A DNA stretch of 64,000 nt from Patescibacteria group bacterium (GCA_028718605.1 JAQULM010000001.1:263422-327421), one strand, 5' to 3'. Counted from the stretch's first letter, positions 38,649 through 48,439 are shown. Notes: a model not told the origin generated them from the sequence alone. Translations and numbers: made by a program.

Positions 38649-39137
38649 CTATGACGGTTGTTTTTTATGCTTTTTCGGTTGCCATATCGCGGGAAGCGTC
38701 AGCCGCTGTACCTTGCCTCCTGCCTTTGTTATAGCATCTTCCGCTGACTTTGAAAATTTGTGCGCGTACACGGTAAATTTTTTCTTGATTTTGCCTCCAC
38801 CGAGTACTTTTACCGAAACGCTTTCGTCTTGGATCAAACCCTGTTGTTTCAAAAGGCGGAGAGTGATAAGCGCCTGGTCTTTGAATACGGTTTCCAGGTC
38901 GCCAACGTTCACTACCTGGTAGTGGAGATTGCGTGACCGAAAACCGCGGAGTTTCGGAACCTGCATCAACATTTGCTTCAGACCTCGTCTGCGCAATCGA
39001 TTCGTGCCACCGGTACGTGATCGCTGCCCCTTCATACCGCGCCCGGAATACGTTCCCCTGCCCGAACCGTCGCCACGCCCGACCCTGCGAGCATGCTTAC
39101 GTTGTGCTGATTGTAATGTGGATAAAGAAAGTTCCAT
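38649..39137 (-). CDS. rplO: 50S ribosomal protein uL15
   Basis: RVGRG.GSG.G..SGRG.KGQRSR. Confidence 0.97.
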   Translation of the reverse strand: MELSLSTLQSAQRKHARRVGRGDGSGRGTYSGRGMKGQRSRTGGTNRLRRRGLKQMLMQVPKLRGFRSRNLHYQVVNVGDLETVFKDQALITLRLLKQQGLIQDESVSVKVLGGGKIKKKFTVYAHKFSKSAEDAITKAGGKVQRLTLPAIWQPKKHKKQPS

Positions 39138-39138
39138 A

Positions 39139-39645
39139 CTATTTTCGCATCTCCCGCAGCTGCCGCGGATCTTTCAAGCGCTCGAGCGCCAGAAGTGCAG
39201 CCCTGACATTGTTAATTTTACTCTTTGAGCCGAGTATCTTCGCTACGACGTTCTTGACACCAGCTAAATCCAATACAGCCCGGATTGCGCCGCCAGCAAT
39301 CACCCCCGTGCCTTTCCTCGCGGGTTTGAGGAGAACGCGCGCCGCCTTGAACTTCACGACAATCCTCGCAGGAATCGTGTCATCAACCATATGGACCGCC
39401 ACGAGGCTTTTTTTTGCTGCAACGACGGCCTTGTTGATTGCGACAGCGACGTCCGCGCCTTTCTTGAGCCCCATGCCGACATGCCCCTTCCGGTCACCGA
39501 TCACGACGCATGCGCGAAACGACATCCGTTTGCCCCCTGCCATAACGCGGGTAACGCGGGCAATATCAATAAGTTTCTGGCCAAACTCGTCATCTTTCCG
39601 CTCGTGACGATTATCCCTATTGCGTGTCCGCCTTTCTTCTGCCAT
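39139..39645 (-). CDS. rpsE: 30S ribosomal protein uS5
   Basis: RVTRVMAGGKR and PA.KGTGVIAGG motifs. Confidence 0.97.
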   Translation of the reverse strand: MAEERRTRNRDNRHERKDDEFGQKLIDIARVTRVMAGGKRMSFRACVVIGDRKGHVGMGLKKGADVAVAINKAVVAAKKSLVAVHMVDDTIPARIVVKFKAARVLLKPARKGTGVIAGGAIRAVLDLAGVKNVVAKILGSKSKINNVRAALLALERLKDPRQLREMRK

Positions 39646-39661
39646 ACAAATTGAAATTCAT

Positions 39662-40024
39662 TTAGAAATTGAGTCCTTGTTCTCTCATGCTGTCAGCAAG
39701 CGCCTTGATGCGGCCATGGTATGTGAACCCGTGCCGGTCAAATACAACTTTGCCAATCTTCTTCGCGAGTGCTCTTTGCGCGACAACTTTTCCTACTTCC
39801 CTGGCGATATCAGTTTTTTTCATGCCCTTCTTCACCTTGATGTCGCGATCCGAAGCGCTCACCAGCGTCGTTCGTGCTGCATCATTGATAATCTGGATGC
39901 TAATATGCTTACTGCTTCGAAATACAGCAGCACGGGGACGTTCTGGCGTCCCGACAACCCGTGCGCGGACCCGCCTCATGCGTACGGTATGCCGCTGTCC
40001 TCTTTCTCGCTGGAAATTTGTCAT
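39662..40024 (-). CDS. rplR: 50S ribosomal protein uL18
   Basis: GTPERPR.AVFRS and VFDR.G..YHGR motifs. Confidence 0.97.
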   Translation of the reverse strand: MTNFQRERGQRHTVRMRRVRARVVGTPERPRAAVFRSSKHISIQIINDAARTTLVSASDRDIKVKKGMKKTDIAREVGKVVAQRALAKKIGKVVFDRHGFTYHGRIKALADSMREQGLNF

Positions 40025-40041
40025 TGATGTTCAATAATATA

Positions 40042-40593
40042 TTAGCCTGAACCGACAGCCTTTACCACTTTGCCGGCCTTGCGCCGCACAATCTCGCCTG
40101 AGTACTTGATGCCCTTCCCCTTGTACGGTTCCGGCTTCTTGACCGCGCGGATCTCGGCAGCAATTTGGCCGACTCGCTGCTTATCAATTCCGACAATTTT
40201 GATAATGTTTTTTTCAACCGTTACTACAATATCATCAGGGAACGGGAATTCTACCGGATGGGAGAACCCCACATTTAACGTAAGTTTTTTCCCTGAAACA
40301 GCTGCGCGGAATCCAACGCCGTGGATTTCAAGTTTCTTCTCGAATCCTTTCGTAACGCCCTCAATCATGTTCGCCAGCAACATCCGAGACGTACCCCACA
40401 GTGAGCGAGAGAGTTTCTCTTCCGGCTTTTCTACGGTAACCTGGATTTCACTGCCTGACTTCTCAAACTTGACGACCGGATGAAATTCGAACTCGAGGGT
40501 GCCTTTGGGGCCTTTGACGGCCACATGAGCGCCTGCGATGGTTACGTCAACCCCCTGAGGTATAGTGATTGGTTTTTTGCCTATGCGTGGCAT
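40042..40593 (-). CDS. rplF: 50S ribosomal protein uL6
   Basis: MPRIGKKPI start and PEPYKGKGIKY. Confidence 0.97.
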   Translation of the reverse strand: MPRIGKKPITIPQGVDVTIAGAHVAVKGPKGTLEFEFHPVVKFEKSGSEIQVTVEKPEEKLSRSLWGTSRMLLANMIEGVTKGFEKKLEIHGVGFRAAVSGKKLTLNVGFSHPVEFPFPDDIVVTVEKNIIKIVGIDKQRVGQIAAEIRAVKKPEPYKGKGIKYSGEIVRRKAGKVVKAVGSG

Positions 40594-40609
40594 ACGTGCG
40601 TATGATTGA

Positions 40610-41005
40610 TTAAAACACTTCGCAGACAATTTCCCCGCCGAGATGCTTCTGCTTCGCTTCTTGATTTGTCATTAAACCTCCTGAAGTAGAAACCACAAGA
40701 ATCCCGAGCGAAGGAAGAACTTTCGGGATTTCCCGATAATTCTTATATACACGTCTCCCCGGCGTGCTGATACGATTCAATCCCCGTATCACTGGCTCCT
40801 TGCTTGCGTACTTGAGGACTACCCGGAATGAACGCTGCGTGCTTTCGGAATCGGTATCAGTCACCAATTCCTTCACGAATCCTTCGCGTTGGAGAATTTT
40901 TCCAATCTCAATCTTTACCCTGGAGTACGGGATGGAAACCTCGGGCTTATGAACCATGAGGCCGTTCCGGATTCTCGTAAGCATGTCCGCGATTGGATCT
41001 GTCAT
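40610..41005 (-). CDS. rpsH: 30S ribosomal protein uS8
   Basis: MTDPIADMLTRIRN. Confidence 0.98.
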   Translation of the reverse strand: MTDPIADMLTRIRNGLMVHKPEVSIPYSRVKIEIGKILQREGFVKELVTDTDSESTQRSFRVVLKYASKEPVIRGLNRISTPGRRVYKNYREIPKVLPSLGILVVSTSGGLMTNQEAKQKHLGGEIVCEVF

Positions 41006-41054
41006 AAAGAAATTTCACCTTATAGGTTATGAATACGTCGTAAATATCTTGGTA

Positions 41055-41240
41055 TTACCAGCTCGATTTCCTGATGCCTGGAATTTCCGCATTATTCGCG
41101 AGTTCCCGAAAGCAGATACGGCACAGATTGAATGCGCGCATATAACCGCGCCTGCGGCCGCAGCGCCAACACCGCCGCACGATCCGAGTTGAGTATTTCG
41201 GCTTTTTCTTCGACTTCGCGATTTGTGACTCTTTCGCCAT
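41055..41240 (-). CDS. rpsZ: 30S ribosomal protein uS14, Zn-binding type Z
   Basis: RCWRCGR...LCRICFRE; 61 aa. Confidence 0.97.
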   Translation of the reverse strand: MAKESQIAKSKKKPKYSTRIVRRCWRCGRRRGYMRAFNLCRICFRELANNAEIPGIRKSSW

Positions 41241-41248
41241 ACGTGTTA

Positions 41249-41797
41249 TTAAGCCTTTTTAAACGGGAACCCGAGAAGTTTGAATAATTCAAGGCCTTCC
41301 TCGCGGGTTTTAGCTGATGAGGTTATGGTAACTTCGAGGCCATGAACGTGTTCAACCTCGTCTGAACGAATTTCCGGAAACGCAATGTGCTCCGAAAAAC
41401 CGATCGAGAGATTACCGTGCTGGTCAACGCATTTCATATCAATTCCCTGAAAATCACGCACGCGCGGAAGCGTGCTGTGAACGAGCTTCTCGACAAAATC
41501 ATACATGCGGCTGCCCCGGAGCGTTACGCGTGCGCCAATAACCATTCCTTGGCGAATCTTGAAGGCAGAAATCGATTTGCGTGCCTTGGTAAAGACCGCT
41601 TTCTGCCCGGAAATTCTCGTCAAGGTATCAGCAATCGCATCGAGTACCTTGGCATCCTGGAGCGCCTTGCCCGCTCCGCAATTAAGGCTTGCTTTCTGAA
41701 TGCGGGGGACAGCAAGATCGTTCGTATACCCGAACTTTTCTTTCATTGCAGGAACGACATGCTTTCTATATTGATCGTGGAGGCTAATATGTGCCAT
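41249..41797 (-). CDS. rplE: 50S ribosomal protein uL5
   Basis: ARKSIS.FKIR.G and LPRVRDF motifs. Confidence 0.97.
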   Translation of the reverse strand: MAHISLHDQYRKHVVPAMKEKFGYTNDLAVPRIQKASLNCGAGKALQDAKVLDAIADTLTRISGQKAVFTKARKSISAFKIRQGMVIGARVTLRGSRMYDFVEKLVHSTLPRVRDFQGIDMKCVDQHGNLSIGFSEHIAFPEIRSDEVEHVHGLEVTITSSAKTREEGLELFKLLGFPFKKA

Positions 41798-41801
41798 AAG
41801 A

Positions 41802-42116
41802 TTAAATCACCTGTTTACACTTCCGGCAAATGCGCTGGCGCTTCCCATCCGCCGATACCTGCATACCGACCCGAACGCCCTTATTGCACTTGCCGCAAAA
41901 GATAAGGACATTTGAGGCATTCATCGGGGCGTTATACCGTACGACCTGGCCTTTCTCGCCCATGCGTTTCGGGCGAACGTTTTTCGCCATCATATTAACA
42001 CCCTCAACGATAATCATTCCGCTCTGAGGAAGGACCTGCAGTGCTTTACCCTTCTTCCCCCGGTCTTTGCCTGCAATAATCTGTACGATATCATTTTTTC
42101 GTATTCGTGGTGCCAT
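41802..42116 (-). CDS. rplX: 50S ribosomal protein uL24
   Basis: IAGKDRGKKG KOW motif. Confidence 0.97.
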   Translation of the reverse strand: MAPRIRKNDIVQIIAGKDRGKKGKALQVLPQSGMIIVEGVNMMAKNVRPKRMGEKGQVVRYNAPMNASNVLIFCGKCNKGVRVGMQVSADGKRQRICRKCKQVI

Positions 42117-42127
42117 AGTGTCGTTCG

Positions 42128-42499
42128 TTAGAGAACTTCGGGAGCGAGTGAGATTATTTTACTGTATCCGAGATTTCGAAGTTCTCGGGCAACGGGCCCG
42201 AAGATTCTCGTCCCCTCCGGATCCTTGGTCTTGAGATTGATAATGACGCCTGCGTTATCATCGAAACGAATATATGATCCATCGGCACGCCGTAATTCTT
42301 TCCGCTGCCGGATAATTACCATATTAACCACCTGCCCCTTTTTAACGGCAGCGTGAGGGGCTGCCTCCTTGACTGAAACCGTGACAACGTCTCCGATATA
42401 CCCATACCGCTTTTTATAGCCGCCGCGAACGCGGATGACCGCTACATGCTTTGCGCCGGTATTATCCGCAACGACGAGTCGTGAACGTAATTGGACCAT
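42128..42499 (-). CDS. rplN: 50S ribosomal protein uL14
   Basis: [14 protein letters not shown] and SLAPEVL motifs. Confidence 0.98.
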   Translation of the reverse strand: MVQLRSRLVVADNTGAKHVAVIRVRGGYKKRYGYIGDVVTVSVKEAAPHAAVKKGQVVNMVIIRQRKELRRADGSYIRFDDNAGVIINLKTKDPEGTRIFGPVARELRNLGYSKIISLAPEVL

Positions 42500-42506
42500 A
42501 CGCTTA

Positions 42507-42755
42507 TTACGAATTTACTTTCTTTATGGCTCGCCAGCGCTTCTCGCGGCTCAACGGGCGCACTTCCTCGAACATCACCGTGTCACCGACGTGGTACTCG
42601 TTCTTCTGGTCGTGAACTTTGAATTTTCGGCGGACCTGGTATCGCTTCTGATATTTCGGATGCATCCTACTCTCGACGACTTTGACGACGATCGTCTTTT
42701 CCATCTTGTCGGAGACAACGGTGCCCTGGAACGTCCGTTTATGCTTATTTTCCAT
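42507..42755 (-). CDS. rpsQ: 30S ribosomal protein uS17
   Basis: [11 protein letters not shown] and RPLS..KRW motifs. Confidence 0.97.
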   Translation of the reverse strand: MENKHKRTFQGTVVSDKMEKTIVVKVVESRMHPKYQKRYQVRRKFKVHDQKNEYHVGDTVMFEEVRPLSREKRWRAIKKVNS

Positions 42756-42990
42756 ATGTGGAATCCTTCTTAGTGGTAGTATTCTTAGCTGCGAACGAAC
42801 GTATTACTTCTTTCTCCTTTAAAATCGTAAGGATCCGCGCGATCAGTTTTTTCGTATCACGAAGCTCACGGACGTCTTTATGCTGCTTCGCTGAAATTTT
42901 AAATCTCAAATCACGCGATTGTTCTCGGTACAATTTGAGGAGCCGCTGCAGCTCAGTGGCAGGCTTGCTTCTGAGTTCCTTGAGTTCCAT
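42745..42990 (-). CDS. rpmC: 50S ribosomal protein uL29 with a C-terminal extension
   Basis: ELR.K...EL and IARILT motifs; operon position. Confidence 0.93.
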   Translation of the reverse strand: MELKELRSKPATELQRLLKLYREQSRDLRFKISAKQHKDVRELRDTKKLIARILTILKEKEVIRSFAAKNTTTKKDSTYGK

Positions 42991-42991
42991 A

Positions 42992-43405
42992 CTATATGCC
43001 CTCTCGACTTATAAATTTAGTACGGACAGGCAGCTTATGCGAAGCCCGTCGGAAAGCTTCTTTCGCTTTATCCAGGGCAACGCCGTCGATCTCGAATAGA
43101 ACTGTCCCAGGTTTAACAACGTAGACATAATGGTCGACAGCTCCTTTGCCGCCGCCCATCGGTACCTCCGAACCATGGGACGTGATGGGCTTATCGGGAA
43201 ATATGCGGATCCAGATCTTCCCGCCCTTATGGACGAAGTGCGTCATGGCACGGCGCGCTGCTTCTATCTGCCGCGAAGATACCCATGAAGCAGAAAGCGC
43301 TTTAAGGCCGAAACTTCCGAAACTGAGCTTGCTCCGAGACGTTGCTCGCCCTCGGACAATCCCCTTCTGCCATTTTCTGTGTTTAACTTTTTTTGGTAAT
43401 AACAT
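42992..43405 (-). CDS. rplP: 50S ribosomal protein uL16
   Basis: [17 protein letters not shown] and MGGGKG motifs. Confidence 0.98.
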   Translation of the reverse strand: MLLPKKVKHRKWQKGIVRGRATSRSKLSFGSFGLKALSASWVSSRQIEAARRAMTHFVHKGGKIWIRIFPDKPITSHGSEVPMGGGKGAVDHYVYVVKPGTVLFEIDGVALDKAKEAFRRASHKLPVRTKFISREGI

Positions 43406-43420
43406 AGGGATTATCGTGCA

Positions 43421-44086
43421 TTAAGCACTCTGTGTTTTGCTTACTACTGCTTTAGCGAAAACTTCACCGCGGTAAATCCAAACCTTAACTCCGACTGCGC
43501 CATAGGTCGTATGGGCTGCGCCACGCGCATAATCAATGTCCGCGCGGATCGTGTGAAGCGGAATTGAACCCTGGCTGAATTTTTCTTTACGGGCAATTTC
43601 GGCGCCATTCAAACGGCCGCCCACGATCACTTTCACGCCGCGGGCACCTGCCTGCATAACCTGCTCGACCGTTCTTTTAATGACACGCCGAAATGGCATG
43701 CGCTTCTCCAACTGGTCGATGACTCCCTGGCAAACGATCTGTGCATTCAGATTCGGCGCTGATACTTCATGAATATTCAAATTGAGGTTTACTTTTTTAT
43801 CCAGAAACTTCTTCTTAATTTCTTTCTTGATTTCATCGGCACCGGTCCCCCCCCTGCCAATCACGAGTCCCGGTTTCGACGTATAAAGATTGATTTCTAC
43901 CGCCCCGCCAGATCGATTGATGTCGATAGATCCAATGCCAGACTCTCGCAGTTTCTTGGCAATAAATTTCCGCATATTGATATCCTGCTCTACGAGAGCA
44001 GCATAATCCTTGCGGGCAAACCATTTCGATTTCCAGCCTTGGTTGATTCCCATTCGAAACGCACGTGGATGTACCTTTTGTCCCAT
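43421..44086 (-). CDS. rpsC: 30S ribosomal protein uS3
   Basis: MGQKVHP and GRLNGAEIAR motifs. Confidence 0.98.
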   Translation of the reverse strand: MGQKVHPRAFRMGINQGWKSKWFARKDYAALVEQDINMRKFIAKKLRESGIGSIDINRSGGAVEINLYTSKPGLVIGRGGTGADEIKKEIKKKFLDKKVNLNLNIHEVSAPNLNAQIVCQGVIDQLEKRMPFRRVIKRTVEQVMQAGARGVKVIVGGRLNGAEIARKEKFSQGSIPLHTIRADIDYARGAAHTTYGAVGVKVWIYRGEVFAKAVVSKTQSA

Positions 44087-44088
44087 AT

Positions 44089-44640
44089 CTATCGTTCTCC
44101 TAATCGTCTCGTAAATTTATCTTTAATGCTGCGAAGCGCTCCCATTGATCGTCCCTTCTTCTCTTCTGCCACGGCCTGCTTAGCCCCCTCTTTTCCTTTC
44201 GCTTCATGTTTTATTTCATCGTACGAAACAGCCTTTTGTGCGGTTGCGCTGCCCGTGCGCGTTTCTTTCTGTGATTTGCGTTGCTTCGACGCCTTCTTGG
44301 CTGTCGGCTTCTTTTCGTCAAGCACAATGGCAACGTGGGATGACCGTTTCCGGATCATCGATGCGCGACCGAATGCGCGGCCTTCCCAGCGTTTCAAAGC
44401 GGGTCCCTCATCGACTGAGATGCGTTTAATAAATAAATTTTCCTTCTTGAGCTTGTTGTTATTCTCGGCGTTCGCGATTGCAGATTTCAGGAGCTTCAGC
44501 ACCGGCAGCGCTGCCGCTTTCTTCATGAAATGCAGCTGGTACTCGGCGCGCTCAACGTCCATACCGCGAACCACATTAACGATAAGCCGAACTTTTCGCG
44601 GTGACATTCTTAAAAAATTTAATTTTGCGGTTACTTCCAT
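44089..44640 (-). CDS. rplV: 50S ribosomal protein uL22 with a ~70-aa C-terminal extension
   Basis: SPRKVRL, SAIANA and RAFGRA motifs; Lys/Ala-rich tail. Confidence 0.96.
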   Translation of the reverse strand: MEVTAKLNFLRMSPRKVRLIVNVVRGMDVERAEYQLHFMKKAAALPVLKLLKSAIANAENNNKLKKENLFIKRISVDEGPALKRWEGRAFGRASMIRKRSSHVAIVLDEKKPTAKKASKQRKSQKETRTGSATAQKAVSYDEIKHEAKGKEGAKQAVAEEKKGRSMGALRSIKDKFTRRLGER

Positions 44641-44652
44641 ACAAATCGCAAA

Positions 44653-45015
44653 TTATTTTGCTTCGGCTGGAGCCTTTGTTTTTTCCTCAATTTTTTTCTG
44701 CGCCTCTTCAACTTCTTTCTTCTGCGCTTCTGCTTCCGCTGCGGCCTGTTCTCGCTGCATACGGCCGCCGTGCCTGACGAATTTTTTCGTCGGCGAAAAT
44801 TCCCCCAGCTTATGGCCGACCATATTCTCTATGATAAATACCGAGACATGGTCCTTGCCGTTGTGAACGCCGATGGTAAAACCAACCATTTCCGGTGTAA
44901 TAACTGAATCCCTCGACCATGTTTTGATGATCGTTTTATCCCCGCTCCGAACCTTGGAAATTTTCTTCAAGAGCTTCGGATCGGTAAAGGGGCCTTTTTT
45001 TAAACTTCGCGACAT
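44653..45015 (-). CDS. rpsS: 30S ribosomal protein uS19 with a C-terminal extension
   Basis: RSLKKGPF and [10 protein letters not shown] motifs. Confidence 0.98.
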   Translation of the reverse strand: MSRSLKKGPFTDPKLLKKISKVRSGDKTIIKTWSRDSVITPEMVGFTIGVHNGKDHVSVFIIENMVGHKLGEFSPTKKFVRHGGRMQREQAAAEAEAQKKEVEEAQKKIEEKTKAPAEAK

Positions 45016-45033
45016 AGAAATTAATTATATAAG

Positions 45034-45864
45034 TTATTTTCTCCTGCGGAGAATGTGCCGGTCTGAATATTTACCACTTCGGCGCGTTTTGACCCCAAGC
45101 GCCGGCTTGCCCCATGGCGTCTTCGGATGCTTCAGTCCGATCGGGTTGTGGCCTTCGCCGCCGCCGTGCGGGTGGTCTACCGGGTTCATCACTTTTCCTC
45201 GAACGGTCGGACGTATTCCCCGCCACCGCATCCGCCCCGCTTTCCCGAGCCTGATATTCCGATGGTCGACGTTGGACAGCTGTCCAATGGTCGCCATGCA
45301 CCCGGCATTAAATATTCTAATTTCTCCTGAGGGTAGTTTAATTTGAACCGAATTGCCTTCCATCGCCTGCACGATCGCGCCCACGCCGGCTGCACGAACA
45401 GCCGAGGCTTCCTGTTCAGGGCTGAGTTGAATATCGTGTACGGTAATGCCGACAGGAATTTTCGCAAGCGGTAAACGGTTTCCCGCCTGGATTTCCGCCC
45501 CTTTCTTCGAGGAAACAACCTGCATGCCGATCTTCAAGTCTGTCGGGGCAAGTATATACCGCTTTTCACCGTCTGAATATTGTACGAGCGCAAGCCATGC
45601 GGTGCGGTTCGGATCATACTCAAGCGCTATCACCTTTGCTGGCTCATCGAAACGCTCCCGCTTGCCGTCAACCATCCGGAAAAAACGCTTATGACCACCG
45701 CCCTGGTGGCGCACGGTGATTTTCCCCTGCGCATTGCGGCCAGCCCTATTTTTTATAATTCGCACCAAACTCCTTTCGGGCCGTTTCTTTGTCAATTCAC
45801 CGAAATCAATGCCCGAAGCTCCTCGGCGGCCTGCTGTTGTCGGTTTGTATGATTTTATTGCCAT
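45034..45864 (-). CDS. rplB: 50S ribosomal protein uL2
   Basis: EYDPNRTA and MNPVDHPHGGGEG motifs. Confidence 0.98.
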   Translation of the reverse strand: MAIKSYKPTTAGRRGASGIDFGELTKKRPERSLVRIIKNRAGRNAQGKITVRHQGGGHKRFFRMVDGKRERFDEPAKVIALEYDPNRTAWLALVQYSDGEKRYILAPTDLKIGMQVVSSKKGAEIQAGNRLPLAKIPVGITVHDIQLSPEQEASAVRAAGVGAIVQAMEGNSVQIKLPSGEIRIFNAGCMATIGQLSNVDHRNIRLGKAGRMRWRGIRPTVRGKVMNPVDHPHGGGEGHNPIGLKHPKTPWGKPALGVKTRRSGKYSDRHILRRRK

Positions 45865-45870
45865 AAGCCC

Positions 45871-46374
45871 CTACAGTCCTTCTTGGATATCTATCTTCTG
45901 CCCTTGTGGAAGCGTCACAATCGCCTTCCGCCACCGTTTCGTTTCGCCCTGGGTTTTGCCATAGCGTATCGACTTGCCCCGCATATTAACCGTTCCTACC
46001 CGCAAAGGTTTAATTCCATATACTTTCCTGAATGCCTTATGAATCTCGATTTTATTTGCACGAGGCGCGACTTCGAAGACATATTGGTTATTGGCGGTGA
46101 GCGAGGAACCTTTCTCTGTAATCAAGGGGCGTATCAGCACACGGTATGCTTCGCCTGTTTCTTCTTTCGCCTGTTTGTCCTTCTTTTTCGGTGCCTCCTC
46201 TTTTTTCTGGACCGCGACGAGTTTGCCATCAGGCGTTACAACAGCCTGTTCCTTCACCTTCTCGGGAGACTTTTTCGCTTCTTTCGGAACGGCCGGCCGG
46301 GCACGGCGTGGCGCTGCCGCCTCTTTCGGGGCAGTATCTTTAGCTTTCTTCTTTAATCGGTCGAAGAGTCCCAT
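45871..46374 (-). CDS. rplW: 50S ribosomal protein uL23 with a ~75-aa N-terminal extension
   Basis: PLITEK, ANK.EI and WRKAIVTL motifs; the ORF starts 3 nt after the rplD stop, so the extension is part of the gene. Confidence 0.94.
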   Translation of the reverse strand: MGLFDRLKKKAKDTAPKEAAAPRRARPAVPKEAKKSPEKVKEQAVVTPDGKLVAVQKKEEAPKKKDKQAKEETGEAYRVLIRPLITEKGSSLTANNQYVFEVAPRANKIEIHKAFRKVYGIKPLRVGTVNMRGKSIRYGKTQGETKRWRKAIVTLPQGQKIDIQEGL

Positions 46375-46377
46375 ATA

Positions 46378-47007
46378 TTATGCAGTATACATTTTGATCA
46401 TCACGGCTAAACTCTGCTCAAGCACGACGAGATAGTCGTGCCGTAAAACATCATATACGTTCAAGCTGTCGGCGCTTATCAGATATACAGATGGAATATT
46501 TCTTGCAGATTTGATTATCACCGAGTCGTTCTTGGGTATCACCAGGAGTGCCGTTCGCTTAATAGGCAACTTATTCAGTATCGCCTGGAGGGCGCTTGTT
46601 TTAATCTTGGGGAGGGACAGTTTATCAAGCACGATGATGCGTTTCCGGGCGGCTTTATCAGAAAGGCTCATCAGGAGGGCTGTCCGGCGCGCTTTTTTGT
46701 TAACCTTCATTGAAAAATTTCTCTCGTTGCTAGGGCCGAATGTCACGCCACCGCCTTTCCAGAGCGGCGAACGGATGGACCCGTGCCGGGCACGGCCAGT
46801 ACCTTTCTGCCGCCACGGCTTCTTGCCGCCGCCACGCACCTCTGATCTATCTTTCGCGTGGGCGATCGGCTGCCGGCGATTTGCGAGCTGTGCCTTCACG
46901 ACCTGCTGAACCACGACCGGCCGAACGGGAACATCAAAAAGTTTCGGCTCAAGTGTAATTTCTCGAATTTTTTTCCCGTCTTGGCTGTAGAGTGCCGCGT
47001 TGCTCAT
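46378..47007 (-). CDS. rplD: 50S ribosomal protein uL4
   Basis: RGGGKKPWRQKGTGRAR. Confidence 0.98.
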   Translation of the reverse strand: MSNAALYSQDGKKIREITLEPKLFDVPVRPVVVQQVVKAQLANRRQPIAHAKDRSEVRGGGKKPWRQKGTGRARHGSIRSPLWKGGGVTFGPSNERNFSMKVNKKARRTALLMSLSDKAARKRIIVLDKLSLPKIKTSALQAILNKLPIKRTALLVIPKNDSVIIKSARNIPSVYLISADSLNVYDVLRHDYLVVLEQSLAVMIKMYTA

Positions 47008-47012
47008 ATAAT

Positions 47013-47753
47013 TTATTTCGTCTGCGCGTTTTTGATTTTCTTCGCGCCAGTTTCAACTGCCGGTTCGGATGCCGCTGGTTTGGCGTCTGGGGTAGGTTCA
47101 ACTTCTGAAGTTGGTTTCTCCGCCTCCTGAACCGTTGGCTTCATTTCGCCATCGCCCGAGATAAGTAAAATCCCGTTCCGCGCTCCCGGAACTGCACCCT
47201 TGACATAGAGTAAATTCCGTTCAGCATCAATTTCGATAACCTCAAGATCTTTCACGGTGATACGTTCGTCGCCCATCTGTCCTGCCATATGCCGCCCTTT
47301 TCGGACGCGCTGGTTGTCCGTCGCGCCGATTGAACCAGGCATGCGGTGCTGGTCCTTATCCCCGTGCGTCGCGGGACCCCCATGGAATCCATGCCGTCGC
47401 ACGACGCCCTGGAACCCTTTACCTTTGCTGGTACCAACAACGGTAACACGGTCTCCAACCGCAAACCCTTGTACTGTGATACTATCCTTCTGCTTTAAGG
47501 TAACGGGCGCGGCAAGCCGGAACTCGCGTAATGTTCTGAAGTCTCCGATACCTTTCAAATGCCCCTTCATCGGTTTCGTGAGCTTTTTCTTCAGCCCGAA
47601 GCCTATTTGAACTCCATCGTATCCGTCTTTCTTCACATTTTTCACCTGCGTTACCGTGCATGGGCCAGCCTGAAGAATTGTAACCGGAACCGACCGTCCA
47701 TCTTCCCGAAACCGTTCTGTCATCTCAACTTTTTTACCTATAATGAATTTCAT
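47013..47753 (-). CDS. rplC: 50S ribosomal protein uL3 with a C-terminal extension
   Basis: SKGKGFQGVVRR and VKGAVPG motifs. Confidence 0.98.
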   Translation of the reverse strand: MKFIIGKKVEMTERFREDGRSVPVTILQAGPCTVTQVKNVKKDGYDGVQIGFGLKKKLTKPMKGHLKGIGDFRTLREFRLAAPVTLKQKDSITVQGFAVGDRVTVVGTSKGKGFQGVVRRHGFHGGPATHGDKDQHRMPGSIGATDNQRVRKGRHMAGQMGDERITVKDLEVIEIDAERNLLYVKGAVPGARNGILLISGDGEMKPTVQEAEKPTSEVEPTPDAKPAASEPAVETGAKKIKNAQTK

Positions 47754-47777
47754 TCGATCGCTTTTCAGATTGCTAAT

Positions 47778-47875
47778 AAAAAACTGGCGTATCGGACTGC
47801 CAGATTGCTCGCCATACTGGTACTCAGGGCACCGGTCGGCTTGCCTGGCAAATTGTTATCTAGGGATTACCAGCA
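47778..47875 (-). promoter_or_regulatory. Candidate attenuator / r-protein leader between rpsJ and rplC
   Basis: Terminator CTGGC..GCCAG followed by T6 just upstream of rplC; upstream nested stems with an alternative TGCCAG/CTGGCA pairing. Confidence 0.5.
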
Positions 47876-47962
47876 CACTATATGAATTGTCATCCCCAGA
47901 ACCTATTTACCCCTATATTTGGTGGTATCGCAATTGCGTACTGCCCCAATGGACTGATACTC

Positions 47963-48340
47963 CTACATTTTCACTTCGATGTCAACACCCGCTGGCAGAT
48001 TCAGGCTCATCATGGCATCAATCGTTTTTGGAGTCGGGTCGTAGATATCGATCAGCCGCTTATGAATCCGCACCTCGTACTGTTCCCGCGCATCCTTGTG
48101 CACAAAAGTTGACCGGTTGACGGTATACTTTTTTTTCTCCGTCGGGAGCGGAATCGGCCCCTTGGTCTTCGCGCCGGTGCGTGCGGCAGTTTCAAGAATT
48201 GTACGGGTTGACTGGTCAATTATCTTGTGGTCATACGCCCGTATTCGAATGCGCACGCGCTGGTGCAGTTCTTCTCCGCCCTCTGCTACTTCCCCTTGTG
48301 CGGTACCGCCAGCAGGTTGCTTATGTGCAGTATTCACCAT
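47963..48340 (-). CDS. rpsJ: 30S ribosomal protein uS10
   Basis: RIRIRAYDH and GPIPLPT motifs; start uncertain (ATG at 48340 chosen). Confidence 0.96.
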   Translation of the reverse strand: MVNTAHKQPAGGTAQGEVAEGGEELHQRVRIRIRAYDHKIIDQSTRTILETAARTGAKTKGPIPLPTEKKKYTVNRSTFVHKDAREQYEVRIHKRLIDIYDPTPKTIDAMMSLNLPAGVDIEVKM

Positions 48341-48439
48341 AACTCTATCGTCTGTTGAATTGGTTTTCAAAACTTCTCAATGTCGTTCTCATAAGAAGAT
48401 TCCAGATCAATCTCTGGAATCTTCTCGGTGATCAATGGT

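Noticed and set aside
39137-39139. rpmD (uL30) is absent between rpsE and rplO
   Set aside because: Real, but a known CPR trait; used only as a taxonomic clue
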